This document shows, piece by piece, positions 28,301-37,336 of a stretch of 64,000 bases of DNA (within the stretch, counting starts at the first letter, position 1; each line of letters begins with the position of its first letter). Where the stretch lies: IMG/VR virus record IMGVR_UViG_3300023180_000017; one strand, 5' to 3'. The notes beneath the pieces were generated by a model. That model was not told where the DNA came from. It saw nothing but the letters and a program-made list of their open reading frames with translations, and did not search any database. Origin of the DNA: a virus. Made by a program: the position numbers and the translations under genes.

Positions 28301-29674
28301 TTGAAGACAAGAATTGAAGATGCAATTTTAAATAACCTGCTAACGAATGATAATTACTTTCGAAAAGTAATTCCTTTCTTAAAGGCAGAGTATTTTTCGG
28401 GTGAACATAAAATAATTCTAAGAAAAATTGTAGAGTATTCTGAGAAGTACAACGACCCACCCACAAAACAAGCATTAAGAATTTCTGTAGATGAAGATAG
28501 AAGTATATCTGAATCTGACTTGCCCGCTGTACAAGAATGGGTAGATGAAATTGCCCAGATAGAGACAGACGAGGCGTGGCTTCTCGATGAAACTGAAAGG
28601 TATTGTAAAGACAAAGCAATCTATAATGCTATTATGGAAAGCATTCAAGTTATAGATGGTAAGGATAAACAAAGAGGTCCTGATGCTCTTCCAGGAATGT
28701 TATCAGAAGCATTACAGGTTGGTTTTGATAACAACGTAGGACATGATTATATCGAAAATGCTGATCAACGTTTTGAATTTTATCATAGACTAGAAGAAAA
28801 GCTACCCTTTGACTTGGAAATGTTTAACAAGATAACAGAGGGAGGCCTTGCTAACAAAACATTAAATATTGCATTGGCAGGCACGGGTGTAGGTAAGTCT
28901 TTGTTTATGTGTCATATGGCGGCTGCTTGTATATCTCAAGGTAAAAATGTTTTATACATTACTCTTGAGATGGCAGAGGAAAGGATTGCAGAACGTATAG
29001 ATGCAAACTTGTTTAATTTGCCTATACATGATTTGAAAGACTTAAGCAAGTCTATGTTTGACGATAGGATATCTAAAATAAATAGCAAAATACAGGGTAG
29101 GCTAATTATTAAAGAATATCCAACAGCATCGGCACATGCAGGACACTTTAAAGCGTTATTGAATGAACTTAAACTTAAAAGAAACTTTTCTCCGGACATT
29201 ATTTTTATTGACTATCTTAATATCTGTTCTTCTAGTAGGTTCAGAGCAGGATCGTCTGCTAACTCATATACTATTATTAAGTCTATAGCAGAAGAGCTAA
29301 GAGGACTTGCTGTAGAATATGATGTTCCTATTGTTAGCGCTACACAAACTACAAGGGGCGGTTACAACAGCAGTGATGTAGAACTAACAGATACTTCTGA
29401 GTCCTTTGGCTTGCCTGCTACAGCAGATTTAATGTTTGCTCTTATAAGTACAGAGGAGATAGAAAAGTTAGGACAGATGATGGTTAAACAATTAAAGAAT
29501 AGATATTCTGATCCTACTAGAAACAAAAGATTTATGATAGGCGTTGATAGGGCAAGAATGAAATTGTTTGATTTAGAAAATCCTACAGCAGATCTTCAGG
29601 ACACAGGTAAAGATGATGGCCCTGTATTTGATAATTCTAAATTTGGTAGCAGGTTTGAGGGCATTAAGTTTTGA
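28301..29674 (+). CDS. 41: Replicative helicase gp41 (DnaB-like)
   Basis: AGTGVGKS, TLEMAEE, IDYLNI, SESFGLPATAD. Confidence 0.95.
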   Translation: MKTRIEDAILNNLLTNDNYFRKVIPFLKAEYFSGEHKIILRKIVEYSEKYNDPPTKQALRISVDEDRSISESDLPAVQEWVDEIAQIETDEAWLLDETERYCKDKAIYNAIMESIQVIDGKDKQRGPDALPGMLSEALQVGFDNNVGHDYIENADQRFEFYHRLEEKLPFDLEMFNKITEGGLANKTLNIALAGTGVGKSLFMCHMAAACISQGKNVLYITLEMAEERIAERIDANLFNLPIHDLKDLSKSMFDDRISKINSKIQGRLIIKEYPTASAHAGHFKALLNELKLKRNFSPDIIFIDYLNICSSSRFRAGSSANSYTIIKSIAEELRGLAVEYDVPIVSATQTTRGGYNSSDVELTDTSESFGLPATADLMFALISTEEIEKLGQMMVKQLKNRYSDPTRNKRFMIGVDRARMKLFDLENPTADLQDTGKDDGPVFDNSKFGSRFEGIKF

Positions 29675-30417
29675 TTTTAAATTTTTACGGAATAGAATGG
29701 GAAACAGTTGATCCCTGGACTACAAAACATGCTGTAGCAATCAGAGACAATCTTCAGTATATGAAGGAATACTTTTTCCTTGACAAGGATCGAGAGTTTT
29801 ATTTAGAAAAAATTCGATCCTTATGTGAAGAACTTTTAATCCCAGAAACAGCACACTTTAATTTCTCAAATCCTACATTGATGTTTCAGTATTTGGAAAC
29901 ATGGATAGGAGAATCCACAACAGCACAGAGACAATCTTATCTAGATTTAAGAGACTATTTAATATTGTATGAGAAGGCAGACTTTGAGCAACCTCTGCAT
30001 TGGGGGTTTAAAGGTGGTTCAAAAAGATTTAGATTGCGAGACGAGGATTACTTTAAATTTACTTTACAAAGAAACTTTGGAGATATGTTTTTATCCTATC
30101 CTCACCTTGAAGGAAGATCATTTGAACAAATAGTGGCAACAGGTAATTTTAATATAGACCAATCTCTTCTTGTTCCTCAATATTGGACAAGCACAGACTT
30201 TGAAGTACATTTAGACGATCCTATTACGGAAGAGGACGCGGAACATTTAAAGGAACACTATAAGGCTTTCTATCAAAAGATGCCAGACAAATTGCCTTAT
30301 AATTTTCACGACCCTAGGATGGCGTTAGGTGAAATAAAAATTGCTACACTAAAAACAGAAATAGACAAAGAAGAGCTGTTAAAAGTATTTAAAAACATAA
30401 GGGAAAAAAAGTTATAA
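29671..30417 (+). CDS. Hypothetical protein
   Basis: Long ORF coupled to gp41. Confidence 0.65.
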   Translation: MILNFYGIEWETVDPWTTKHAVAIRDNLQYMKEYFFLDKDREFYLEKIRSLCEELLIPETAHFNFSNPTLMFQYLETWIGESTTAQRQSYLDLRDYLILYEKADFEQPLHWGFKGGSKRFRLRDEDYFKFTLQRNFGDMFLSYPHLEGRSFEQIVATGNFNIDQSLLVPQYWTSTDFEVHLDDPITEEDAEHLKEHYKAFYQKMPDKLPYNFHDPRMALGEIKIATLKTEIDKEELLKVFKNIREKKL

Positions 30418-30420
30418 ATA
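30413..30420 (+). promoter_or_regulatory. T4-type late promoter
   Basis: TATAAATA. Confidence 0.7.
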
Positions 30421-30451
30421 GTTCTTGATTACTTTAGTAAGGAGAACTATT

Positions 30452-30778
30452 ATGGCAGAAGAAGAAGTAAAGGCTAAAGAGTTCCACCCTGCAGACACCA
30501 ATGGTGACGGTAAAGTAGATGATGAAGAAAAAGCAATGTACATGGAATTTAAGAGAAAAGAACTTGAAGACCAGGATGCAATGCGAGACAGTCAACGTAG
30601 TATGGCTTGGTTTGCACTTTGGGGTATGTTACTCTATCCTTTTGCTGTGGTCGTTGCTAGTTTAGCAGGACTAGAACAAGCTCAAGCTACATTAGGAGAT
30701 ATGGCACCAACATATTTTGTAGCAGTAGCAGGTATTGTTGCAGCATTTTTTGGAGCTCAAGCATTTAAAGGTAAATAA
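30452..30778 (+). CDS. Membrane protein with EF-hand-like loop and two TM helices
   Basis: DTNGDGKVDDEE; two hydrophobic segments; RBS AAGGAG before ATG 30452. Confidence 0.7.
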   Translation: MAEEEVKAKEFHPADTNGDGKVDDEEKAMYMEFKRKELEDQDAMRDSQRSMAWFALWGMLLYPFAVVVASLAGLEQAQATLGDMAPTYFVAVAGIVAAFFGAQAFKGK

Positions 30779-30781
30779 GAA

Positions 30782-31513
30782 TTGATAGATTACATTACGG
30801 CAACGCACAATGCCTTTGAACTACATGATGAGTATAGTACACAGACTCCGGTACCACATGTAAGACTAAAAAACTTTCTGCCAGAAAATCTAGCACGCAG
30901 AATGTTTGAGGAGTCGAACACAATACCTGATCATCACTGGTCTACCTTTGAGAGAAATGGTAGTCGGATGCAGGAGTGTATAAAAACAGAACACATGCCA
31001 GTCGCTAGAGAATTTATTGAAGGATTACATGGCGCTTTGGGCATGGAATGGTTGTGCAAATTAGTAGGAAGAGATGATTTAATTTCTGATCCTTATCTAG
31101 TAGGAGCAGGATATTCTAAATCTTGGAATGGCGACAGTTTAAAAGTTCATACAGATTTTAACTGGAACGACAGATTAAAATTACACAGAGCACTTTCCTT
31201 AATCGTATACTTAACACCCGACTGGGACCCTGAATGGAAGGGTGCCCTAGAGTTCTGGGATCATAAAAAAGAAAATATGATAAAGGACTTTCCGTGCGAA
31301 TTTAACAGTGTAGTAATATGGGATTACCATAAGAGAGGATTTCATGGTTATCCTAAACCACTAAAATGTCCTGAAGATGTACACCGGACAACTTTTAGAT
31401 TATTTTTCTATTATAGTGATGCAGACTATAAAGATGGGGATAGGCCTCATAGAAGTTTGTATTGGTATGATAAAGAAACAGATGAGCCCTTTGATTTACC
31501 AACAAGGAAATAA
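30782..31513 (+). CDS. 2OG-Fe(II) oxygenase
   Basis: LKVHTDFN, YLTPDW, GALEFW, FHGYP, R..FRLFFY. Confidence 0.85.
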   Translation: MIDYITATHNAFELHDEYSTQTPVPHVRLKNFLPENLARRMFEESNTIPDHHWSTFERNGSRMQECIKTEHMPVAREFIEGLHGALGMEWLCKLVGRDDLISDPYLVGAGYSKSWNGDSLKVHTDFNWNDRLKLHRALSLIVYLTPDWDPEWKGALEFWDHKKENMIKDFPCEFNSVVIWDYHKRGFHGYPKPLKCPEDVHRTTFRLFFYYSDADYKDGDRPHRSLYWYDKETDEPFDLPTRK

Positions 31514-31515
31514 TA

Positions 31516-32853
31516 ATGAGATTTTACAGTGCGGCCAAACGAGGTGATGGATTCCTCAATCAACATATCTATAAAATGGATACTGCTCTAAGTGATCCAA
31601 ATGCAATCTATTTTTACGATAGACTAGATGCCGCAGTTCGTGGTGTTAGATTTGAAGACTTGATGTCTCAAGAGCATTGGGATCATTTAAGAGATACATT
31701 CGGTACAAAGATATTAATATACTTTCCAGATGATTATTTTAATAAAAGAGATTTGGTTGCTATTAGAAACCAGCTAAAGAGACAAAAAATACCTGTAGAA
31801 AAAGTTCACTGGATTGTTAAGGACGAACTCTTTAGAAAATTTGTTTTGAAATGCTGGAAGGATTACGGCGAACCTCATATCTATCTTTATGGTGCTCTTC
31901 AATTAAGAGTTCCTTGGGTGCCTGAAGAAAAGTTAATACAGCCTAGCAAAGCACAATTTTCTTGTTTCAGTAGAAACTATCACCCAGAAAGATTGGCACT
32001 ATACCTAGATTTTTACAGAAAAGATTTTTTAAGTGATATGATTTTTTCATTTCACAGAATGAATCCATACTTTATGACTGATGCGGATAAAGGGCCACAG
32101 GCTGAGTATTTAGAACGTGTTAAAATCTATACTACAGAAGAGATGATAAAGGATGCAACAGAAATTCTTAAGGGTGAAGTAAGACCTGGAATAGCAAATT
32201 GGATAAGGAACACCCCTTACGAAGTTGATCCAACCTCCGATCCAAGACAAAAATTGGATAAGTGGAATGATGTAATTGTAAATGCAATTTTAAAAACTGA
32301 CATACATATTTTAATAGAGTCTCACTATCTTCCCTTTAAAAACTTTTATGGAGATTACTTACAATATCAGAACGGCGATTTATCAATACAAGATTTTAGC
32401 CCAGCATTCTTAACAGAAAAGACCTATAAAGCAATACTTTGTGCCAAACCTGTTATAGCATATTCAACACCATACTTTATGAAAGAATGGCTTGACATGG
32501 GCTTTAAAACATTTCATCCATACATAGACGAAACATATGATAGTATAGAAGACGACAATCTCCGCCGACATGCAATTTGTATGGAAATGGGAAGATTGAA
32601 GGCAATGAAAAAAACAAACCCTGAACAATATGCTGAAGTTATGTCAAATTGTAATAAGATTGCTCTATTCAATAGAAACGTATTAATACAACAAAACTTA
32701 GATCAACAGCAAGATTTTCAGGATGTTCCTTGGTTAAAGGATACATTAATTGATTGGAGACCTTATTGGATTTCACACGATCCCGAGGACTTTGTTAAAG
32801 ATCAAGTTCTACAATTACGAGAGGCAAATTACAGTAACGAGCCTAAACAGTGA
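31516..32853 (+). CDS. Hypothetical protein, possibly glycosyltransferase-like
   Basis: ESH...FLTEKTYKAIL...GFKTFHPYIDETYD motif block. Confidence 0.5.
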   Translation: MRFYSAAKRGDGFLNQHIYKMDTALSDPNAIYFYDRLDAAVRGVRFEDLMSQEHWDHLRDTFGTKILIYFPDDYFNKRDLVAIRNQLKRQKIPVEKVHWIVKDELFRKFVLKCWKDYGEPHIYLYGALQLRVPWVPEEKLIQPSKAQFSCFSRNYHPERLALYLDFYRKDFLSDMIFSFHRMNPYFMTDADKGPQAEYLERVKIYTTEEMIKDATEILKGEVRPGIANWIRNTPYEVDPTSDPRQKLDKWNDVIVNAILKTDIHILIESHYLPFKNFYGDYLQYQNGDLSIQDFSPAFLTEKTYKAILCAKPVIAYSTPYFMKEWLDMGFKTFHPYIDETYDSIEDDNLRRHAICMEMGRLKAMKKTNPEQYAEVMSNCNKIALFNRNVLIQQNLDQQQDFQDVPWLKDTLIDWRPYWISHDPEDFVKDQVLQLREANYSNEPKQ

Positions 32854-33449
32854 TAGTTTTAGCAATGCCTCGATCAGGAGGCACAAAATTTTGTTTAGAT
32901 AAATCTGAGGAGACAGGCTTACCTTTTTTTGGTGAGCTTCATTCTACGCACATACAAGAGTATCCAGATGTATTCTTTGTATCTATTACTCAGATTAAAA
33001 AAGAAACGCATGAGGCACCTGTACAGCCAGAGTGGACAACAGAGCAATTTATGAAGGGTTGGGCAGATCATAAGAACAGAATAGTCCTAGCCAATGCAGA
33101 AACATCTACTCAACTTTTGCCCTTTGCAGATTACTATTTGGTTAGGCGTAATTGGAAGAACGTTTTCTATTCATCCTATGACTATATACTGAGAAGTCAG
33201 TTCGCAGAGTTTATCGATTTTAAGCAGTTCGTTATGAACTCATCTAAAGTCCTAGCCAATAGCTATGCATCTATACTAGATTACTGCTATTTCAACGATA
33301 AAGAGATCACATGGTATGAGGATCTATATGACGTGAACACGGAGTATAACCTATTGAAAACTAATAAGGATTTCAACATATTTGACGAAACTATCCAATC
33401 CGTAGCTAACGGATTCGGCATATCCCAAAAGATTGACCGTCTGTCTTAG
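32850..33449 (+). CDS. Sulfotransferase-like P-loop protein
   Basis: AMPRSGGT (5'-PSB-like), GEL, LVRRN...S, YEDL. Confidence 0.55.
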   Translation: MIVLAMPRSGGTKFCLDKSEETGLPFFGELHSTHIQEYPDVFFVSITQIKKETHEAPVQPEWTTEQFMKGWADHKNRIVLANAETSTQLLPFADYYLVRRNWKNVFYSSYDYILRSQFAEFIDFKQFVMNSSKVLANSYASILDYCYFNDKEITWYEDLYDVNTEYNLLKTNKDFNIFDETIQSVANGFGISQKIDRLS

Positions 33450-33533
33450 GGCCTGAGGGTACCCTAATACCCCACTAATACCCAGATATACCCCCTCAAG
33501 AGAGGCGTTTACAGGGGATCTCAGAGCGAAATG

Positions 33534-33615
33534 TAAGTCATTGATTTATATAACGAAAAAAAATTCAAAAAAATGTGAAAAAATGCTTGACAAATGGTAT
33601 AAAAGGCTCTATAAT
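33534..33615 (+). promoter_or_regulatory. Strong early promoter: IHF-consensus box plus phased A-tracts
   Basis: TAAGTCATTGATT(33534); TTGACA(33587)-17-TATAAT(33610). Confidence 0.85.
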
Positions 33616-33642
33616 AGTGGTATACAAAGTGAGGAAGTGGTT

Positions 33643-34128
33643 ATGTCGAAGTTAGTTATTTGGACCCAATACAAAGAAAATTACGGTGCCCATGATTGGG
33701 ACGGTAAGGGCGAGTGCCCTCAGTATTGGAAGTTCAAGGGTGGCGACACCTATGTTGTTCGTAATTTGAGCACTGCTCAGATCAACAAGATTGCTCAGGA
33801 GGGCATTCCTACTCTGACGGATCTCATTGAGTACCGTAACGAGGCTTCCGAGGAGTATATCCTAGGTTGGGAGATCGTTGAGGACGATGCTCGTGAATGC
33901 GAGGATTGGGATACTGTAACCGAGTTTGTCTGGAAAATGGATCGTTGGATTTGCCAGCGTTTTACCAACAATGACGAGCATGGTTACATGCGCCGTGAAA
34001 TTCTCGCTAAGAGTGAGTCATGGATTCCTCTCTCACAGAGCGAACGCTCAGATTATAAGTGTGAATTCAAAACTGCCAAAGGGTGGTTCACTGGCGAGCA
34101 ACTACAAAAAGAACTGGAGGCAGCATAG
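33643..34128 (+). CDS. Early hypothetical protein
   Basis: ATG after RBS GAGG; TQYKENYGAHDWDGKGECPQYWKFKGG. Confidence 0.75.
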   Translation: MSKLVIWTQYKENYGAHDWDGKGECPQYWKFKGGDTYVVRNLSTAQINKIAQEGIPTLTDLIEYRNEASEEYILGWEIVEDDARECEDWDTVTEFVWKMDRWICQRFTNNDEHGYMRREILAKSESWIPLSQSERSDYKCEFKTAKGWFTGEQLQKELEAA

Positions 34129-34154
34129 AATTGATCATTTTGGTCATCTTTTGC

Positions 34155-34183
34155 TTGACTTTCTCAATTAGTGGTGCTATAAT
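34155..34183 (+). promoter_or_regulatory. sigma70-type promoter (YGGTM class)
   Basis: TTGACT-17-TGcTATAAT; TGGTCA at 34141. Confidence 0.8.
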
Positions 34184-34213
34184 AGTAGGGTAAATTGTTA
34201 GGAGAAATACATT

Positions 34214-34534
34214 ATGTCTAATCAAACTTTTAAATTTGCGGGTTATTCTGTTACGTCAAACGGTGTTACTAAGGCACGTTTTGGCAACGACATGGTTTCC
34301 CGTATTAAGAAACTGAAAGATAACTCGGAACACTTTTTTCTCGAGTTACCTTCAGCAATGACTAAAAAAGATGCAGCTAAGTATCTTTTGGACAATGCCG
34401 ATATTGGCAGTGCTCAAACTAAGGATGCTCTTTTGAAAGTCATTCATCGTAACGTTCCTAAAACTGTAAAGGTAGTTAATACTGCCCCAGCAGTTTCTGG
34501 TTCGACAACTGTAGTAAATGAAACGTCTAACTAA
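34214..34534 (+). CDS. Hypothetical protein
   Basis: RBS AGGAG; FAGYS..G..KARFGND. Confidence 0.7.
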   Translation: MSNQTFKFAGYSVTSNGVTKARFGNDMVSRIKKLKDNSEHFFLELPSAMTKKDAAKYLLDNADIGSAQTKDALLKVIHRNVPKTVKVVNTAPAVSGSTTVVNETSN

Positions 34535-34546
34535 TAGGAGTATATT

Positions 34547-34807
34547 ATGACTAAGACTGTATCTACAAACCAAACCAAGAAGATCCTTAACTTCTTGTCT
34601 TCAGGGCAGAGTCTTTCTGAGGCTCAGGCTGAAAGAATGTTTGGAGTTCGTTCAGTAGGTGCTCGAATTGCAGAACTTCGAGAAGCAGGTTTTCCTGTTT
34701 ACACCAACGTGAGCAAGACAGGTAAAACTGTCTATCGCCTCGGTACCCCAAGCCGAGCAATGATCGCTGCAGCTTATTCTGTAGCAGGTGCTACTTTATT
34801 TAAGTAA
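34547..34807 (+). CDS. Winged helix-turn-helix DNA-binding protein
   Basis: ILNFLSSG.SLS..QA...FGV.SVGARIAELREAGFPVY. Confidence 0.75.
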   Translation: MTKTVSTNQTKKILNFLSSGQSLSEAQAERMFGVRSVGARIAELREAGFPVYTNVSKTGKTVYRLGTPSRAMIAAAYSVAGATLFK

Positions 34808-34826
34808 GCATTTCTTTGTAATGAGA

Positions 34827-34856
34827 AAGTCCTGGGCAAGACTTACAAAAGGCCCA
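34827..34856 (+). ncRNA. Putative compact H-type pseudoknot
   Basis: AAGTC/GACTT and TGGGC/GCCCA stems. Confidence 0.4.
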
Positions 34857-34869
34857 CTTTTGTTGAGTG

Positions 34870-34877
34870 TATAAATA
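34870..34877 (+). promoter_or_regulatory. T4-type late promoter upstream of tRNA
   Basis: TATAAATA, ending 9 nt before the tRNA. Confidence 0.65.
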
Positions 34878-34886
34878 TCGAGAGCC

Positions 34887-34962
34887 GCCGGATTAGCTCA
34901 GCAGGTAGAGCAGCTCACTTGTAATGAGAAGGTCGCGAGTTCGATTCTTGCATCCGGCACCA
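34887..34962 (+). tRNA. tRNA-Thr (anticodon UGU)
   Basis: GCCGGAT/ATCCGGC acceptor stem, TAGCTCAG..GGTAGAGC D arm, CT-TGT-AA loop, GTTCGA T loop, encoded CCA; 76 nt. Confidence 0.95.
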
Positions 34963-34982
34963 CTTATTTAATGGAGAATATT

Positions 34983-35180
34983 ATGGTAACACCAACCGAA
35001 GTTTTACAAAAACATTTCACTGCACAAATTGATAAACATAAACTCAATGTGCAAATTCTTTTAGAAAATCCTAGAGCAATTCCAGAGCATACGGACTTTG
35101 CCGAAGCTGTAGAAAAAGAACTAGAGCAGGTGGCACATTGGAACGATATGCTTGAGGCATTACGTTTATGCGAGCAGTAG
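34983..35180 (+). CDS. Small conserved hypothetical protein
   Basis: RBS GGAG; LLENPRAIPEH. Confidence 0.65.
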   Translation: MVTPTEVLQKHFTAQIDKHKLNVQILLENPRAIPEHTDFAEAVEKELEQVAHWNDMLEALRLCEQ

Positions 35181-35944
35181 TAGCAGCCCTTACATCGTGG
35201 GACGCTGAGAAACTAGATAGATGCCTTGCCTCTGTTCCTGAGGACATTGATAAAGTCGTTATTTGTAATACACAAGACGAAGGTTATCCTACACAGGCAA
35301 GACTTGTGGCTAGAAAGCATAACGCACATTATTTTACTACTGTATCTAATGGCACACCTGGCAGAGGTAAACAGACAGTTTTAGATTGGTTCTCTACAGA
35401 CTCACCTCATGACTGGCTTATACCTATAGATGCAGATGATTATTTCTTCGAAGGGGGTATTCAGAAATTGATGCTCCTATTGCACAAACATCAACCAGAT
35501 GTAATTGGACTAAAACACAATCCAATGTTCTTAGATGGTAAACCAACAACATTGGAGAATGCTTTAGACAACGGAGAGTTTTTTGATGCAGGGTATGTAG
35601 AAGGTAGTCGAAGAAACTTAGTCGCTTTTTATGAGCTTCAACAAACCTTGAAACAAATTATTCCTTTTAACAGAATACTTGCATTGTCTAAAAAAGGTGC
35701 AGGTTGTTTTGAATATACAGATCAATTATTTGGTTCTGAGGACATCATAGCTAATGTCGATTTGTATAGAGAGCATTGTAATGGCAACATTAAATACTGC
35801 CTTACAGAAAAGGAAATCTATATGTATGATTGTGCTAGAGGTTCTTTGATGAAGTTCTTTCAAGATACTAGAGCAATTATAGCAACTATCAGTAAGGTTA
35901 AGAGCAAATTTGATTTTGAAAGACAAGAGCTCCAGGTTATTTGA
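35168..35944 (+). CDS. GT-A (family 2-like) glycosyltransferase
   Basis: LDRCLASV, SNGTPGRGK, IDADD, SED. Confidence 0.7.
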   Translation: MRAVVAALTSWDAEKLDRCLASVPEDIDKVVICNTQDEGYPTQARLVARKHNAHYFTTVSNGTPGRGKQTVLDWFSTDSPHDWLIPIDADDYFFEGGIQKLMLLLHKHQPDVIGLKHNPMFLDGKPTTLENALDNGEFFDAGYVEGSRRNLVAFYELQQTLKQIIPFNRILALSKKGAGCFEYTDQLFGSEDIIANVDLYREHCNGNIKYCLTEKEIYMYDCARGSLMKFFQDTRAIIATISKVKSKFDFERQELQVI

Positions 35945-36539
35945 TACAATAGACAGTAAGACTGATATTGATATCATAAAACAATTTTGCGATGATGCTA
36001 GGTCAGATGGGCTGGAAGGTAGTCTAGCATTTGAAACAAAAGGTTGGCACAACAACCAGGCGTCTTTTCTATACAAAGTTATAGTTGATAAGACATTTGA
36101 TCAGGACAAGGGTGGGGTATATATTGTCTGTAAAGATGGTGATCGAATAGTAGCAGGACAAGGCTCTTGCAGATTACATGATACAGAGTATATGATTTTT
36201 GGAACACGTGGTTACACAATGCCCAAATATAGGAATAGGCATAACTATGATTTCCTACAATATTGTACCTCAAAATTTTGGGAGTTATACATAAAAGAGT
36301 ACAAAGGTTATATTATGGCCTTTAATAAGTACAATTACAAAATATTTCTCAAGTATATGAGATTAAATAATGTAACCCCCGATTATTTTGATCAATATGT
36401 ATGGCACAGGGGTAGGAAAGTAGTGCCTATGCGTCCTCATCCAGATCTAATAAATATTAATTATACGCCACAGCACGTTTTATATGGCGGTAAACATGAA
36501 GCAGAACTTTTGGAATATTTGAATGCAAACAAAGTCTAA
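35910..36539 (+). CDS. Hypothetical protein, possible GNAT-fold acyltransferase
   Basis: YIV..DGDRIVAGQG...TRGYTMPKYRN. Confidence 0.45.
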   Translation: MILKDKSSRLFDTIDSKTDIDIIKQFCDDARSDGLEGSLAFETKGWHNNQASFLYKVIVDKTFDQDKGGVYIVCKDGDRIVAGQGSCRLHDTEYMIFGTRGYTMPKYRNRHNYDFLQYCTSKFWELYIKEYKGYIMAFNKYNYKIFLKYMRLNNVTPDYFDQYVWHRGRKVVPMRPHPDLININYTPQHVLYGGKHEAELLEYLNANKV

Positions 36540-37266
36540 ATTAAATTGGAAGCATATGGTAGGATGGCATAATGCTGCACTTACCTTTGCACAGTTTGTC
36601 ATTGTTCCGTATTCCTTTTATCTTTTATTCACGCACGATCATAACATTGCAGGAGTAGCAACTTCTGTTCTCATAACATATCTTTTTTGTAGTGTTGGTT
36701 TTACAATAGGCAATCATAGGTACTTTGCACACAGAGCATTTAAAACGACACGAACAAATGAAAAGATCCTATCTATACTAGCTATACTTGGTACGTGGAT
36801 TAGTCCATTGAGATGGGCTGCAAGCCATTACCATCACCACAAACACTCTGATACAGAATATGATATTCATAGCCCTAGCTATTTAGGTTGGAAATCTATG
36901 TTCTTTCTATTTCACAATTATAAAGCACAGCCAGCTCTTTCATTGCCTGCAGGTAGACTAGCTAAAGACAGTTGGCATACAGCCATTCACAAGTACATTT
37001 ATTTTATTATTTTATTTTATGCACTATCTTGTTATATGTTATTTGGTTTTAATGGTTTAGTATATGGTTGGCTTTTTCCAACTTCTTACACTATACTAGG
37101 ACAGATGTCTTTGATCAATGCACATGACAACGGCAAACCTATAGATTCAACTTTTGTCAATATAATGACAATGGGCGACGGCAATCATGCTAAGCACCAC
37201 GATGACCCAAAAGATTACGAGAAGGATATCTTTATTCGTCCCGTTATCAATTTTATTAAAACATAA
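36523..37266 (+). CDS. Membrane fatty-acid desaturase (delta-9-like)
   Basis: Three His boxes HRYFAH, HYHHHKHSD, HAKHH; TM segments. Confidence 0.88.
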   Translation: MQTKSKLNWKHMVGWHNAALTFAQFVIVPYSFYLLFTHDHNIAGVATSVLITYLFCSVGFTIGNHRYFAHRAFKTTRTNEKILSILAILGTWISPLRWAASHYHHHKHSDTEYDIHSPSYLGWKSMFFLFHNYKAQPALSLPAGRLAKDSWHTAIHKYIYFIILFYALSCYMLFGFNGLVYGWLFPTSYTILGQMSLINAHDNGKPIDSTFVNIMTMGDGNHAKHHDDPKDYEKDIFIRPVINFIKT

Positions 37267-37281
37267 ATGGTCATCTTGTAG

Positions 37282-37310
37282 TTGATTTTATTTTTTTATG
37301 GTGTTATAAT
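37282..37310 (+). promoter_or_regulatory. sigma70-type promoter (YGGTM class)
   Basis: TTGATT-17-TGtTATAAT; TGGTCA at 37268. Confidence 0.7.
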
Positions 37311-37336
37311 GTTTTTTAATCTAATGGAGTGTACCT

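Noticed and set aside
33541-33642. N-terminal extension of ORF 33541-34128
   Set aside because: This stretch is the promoter (A-tracts, -35, -10); the RBS-supported start is 33643
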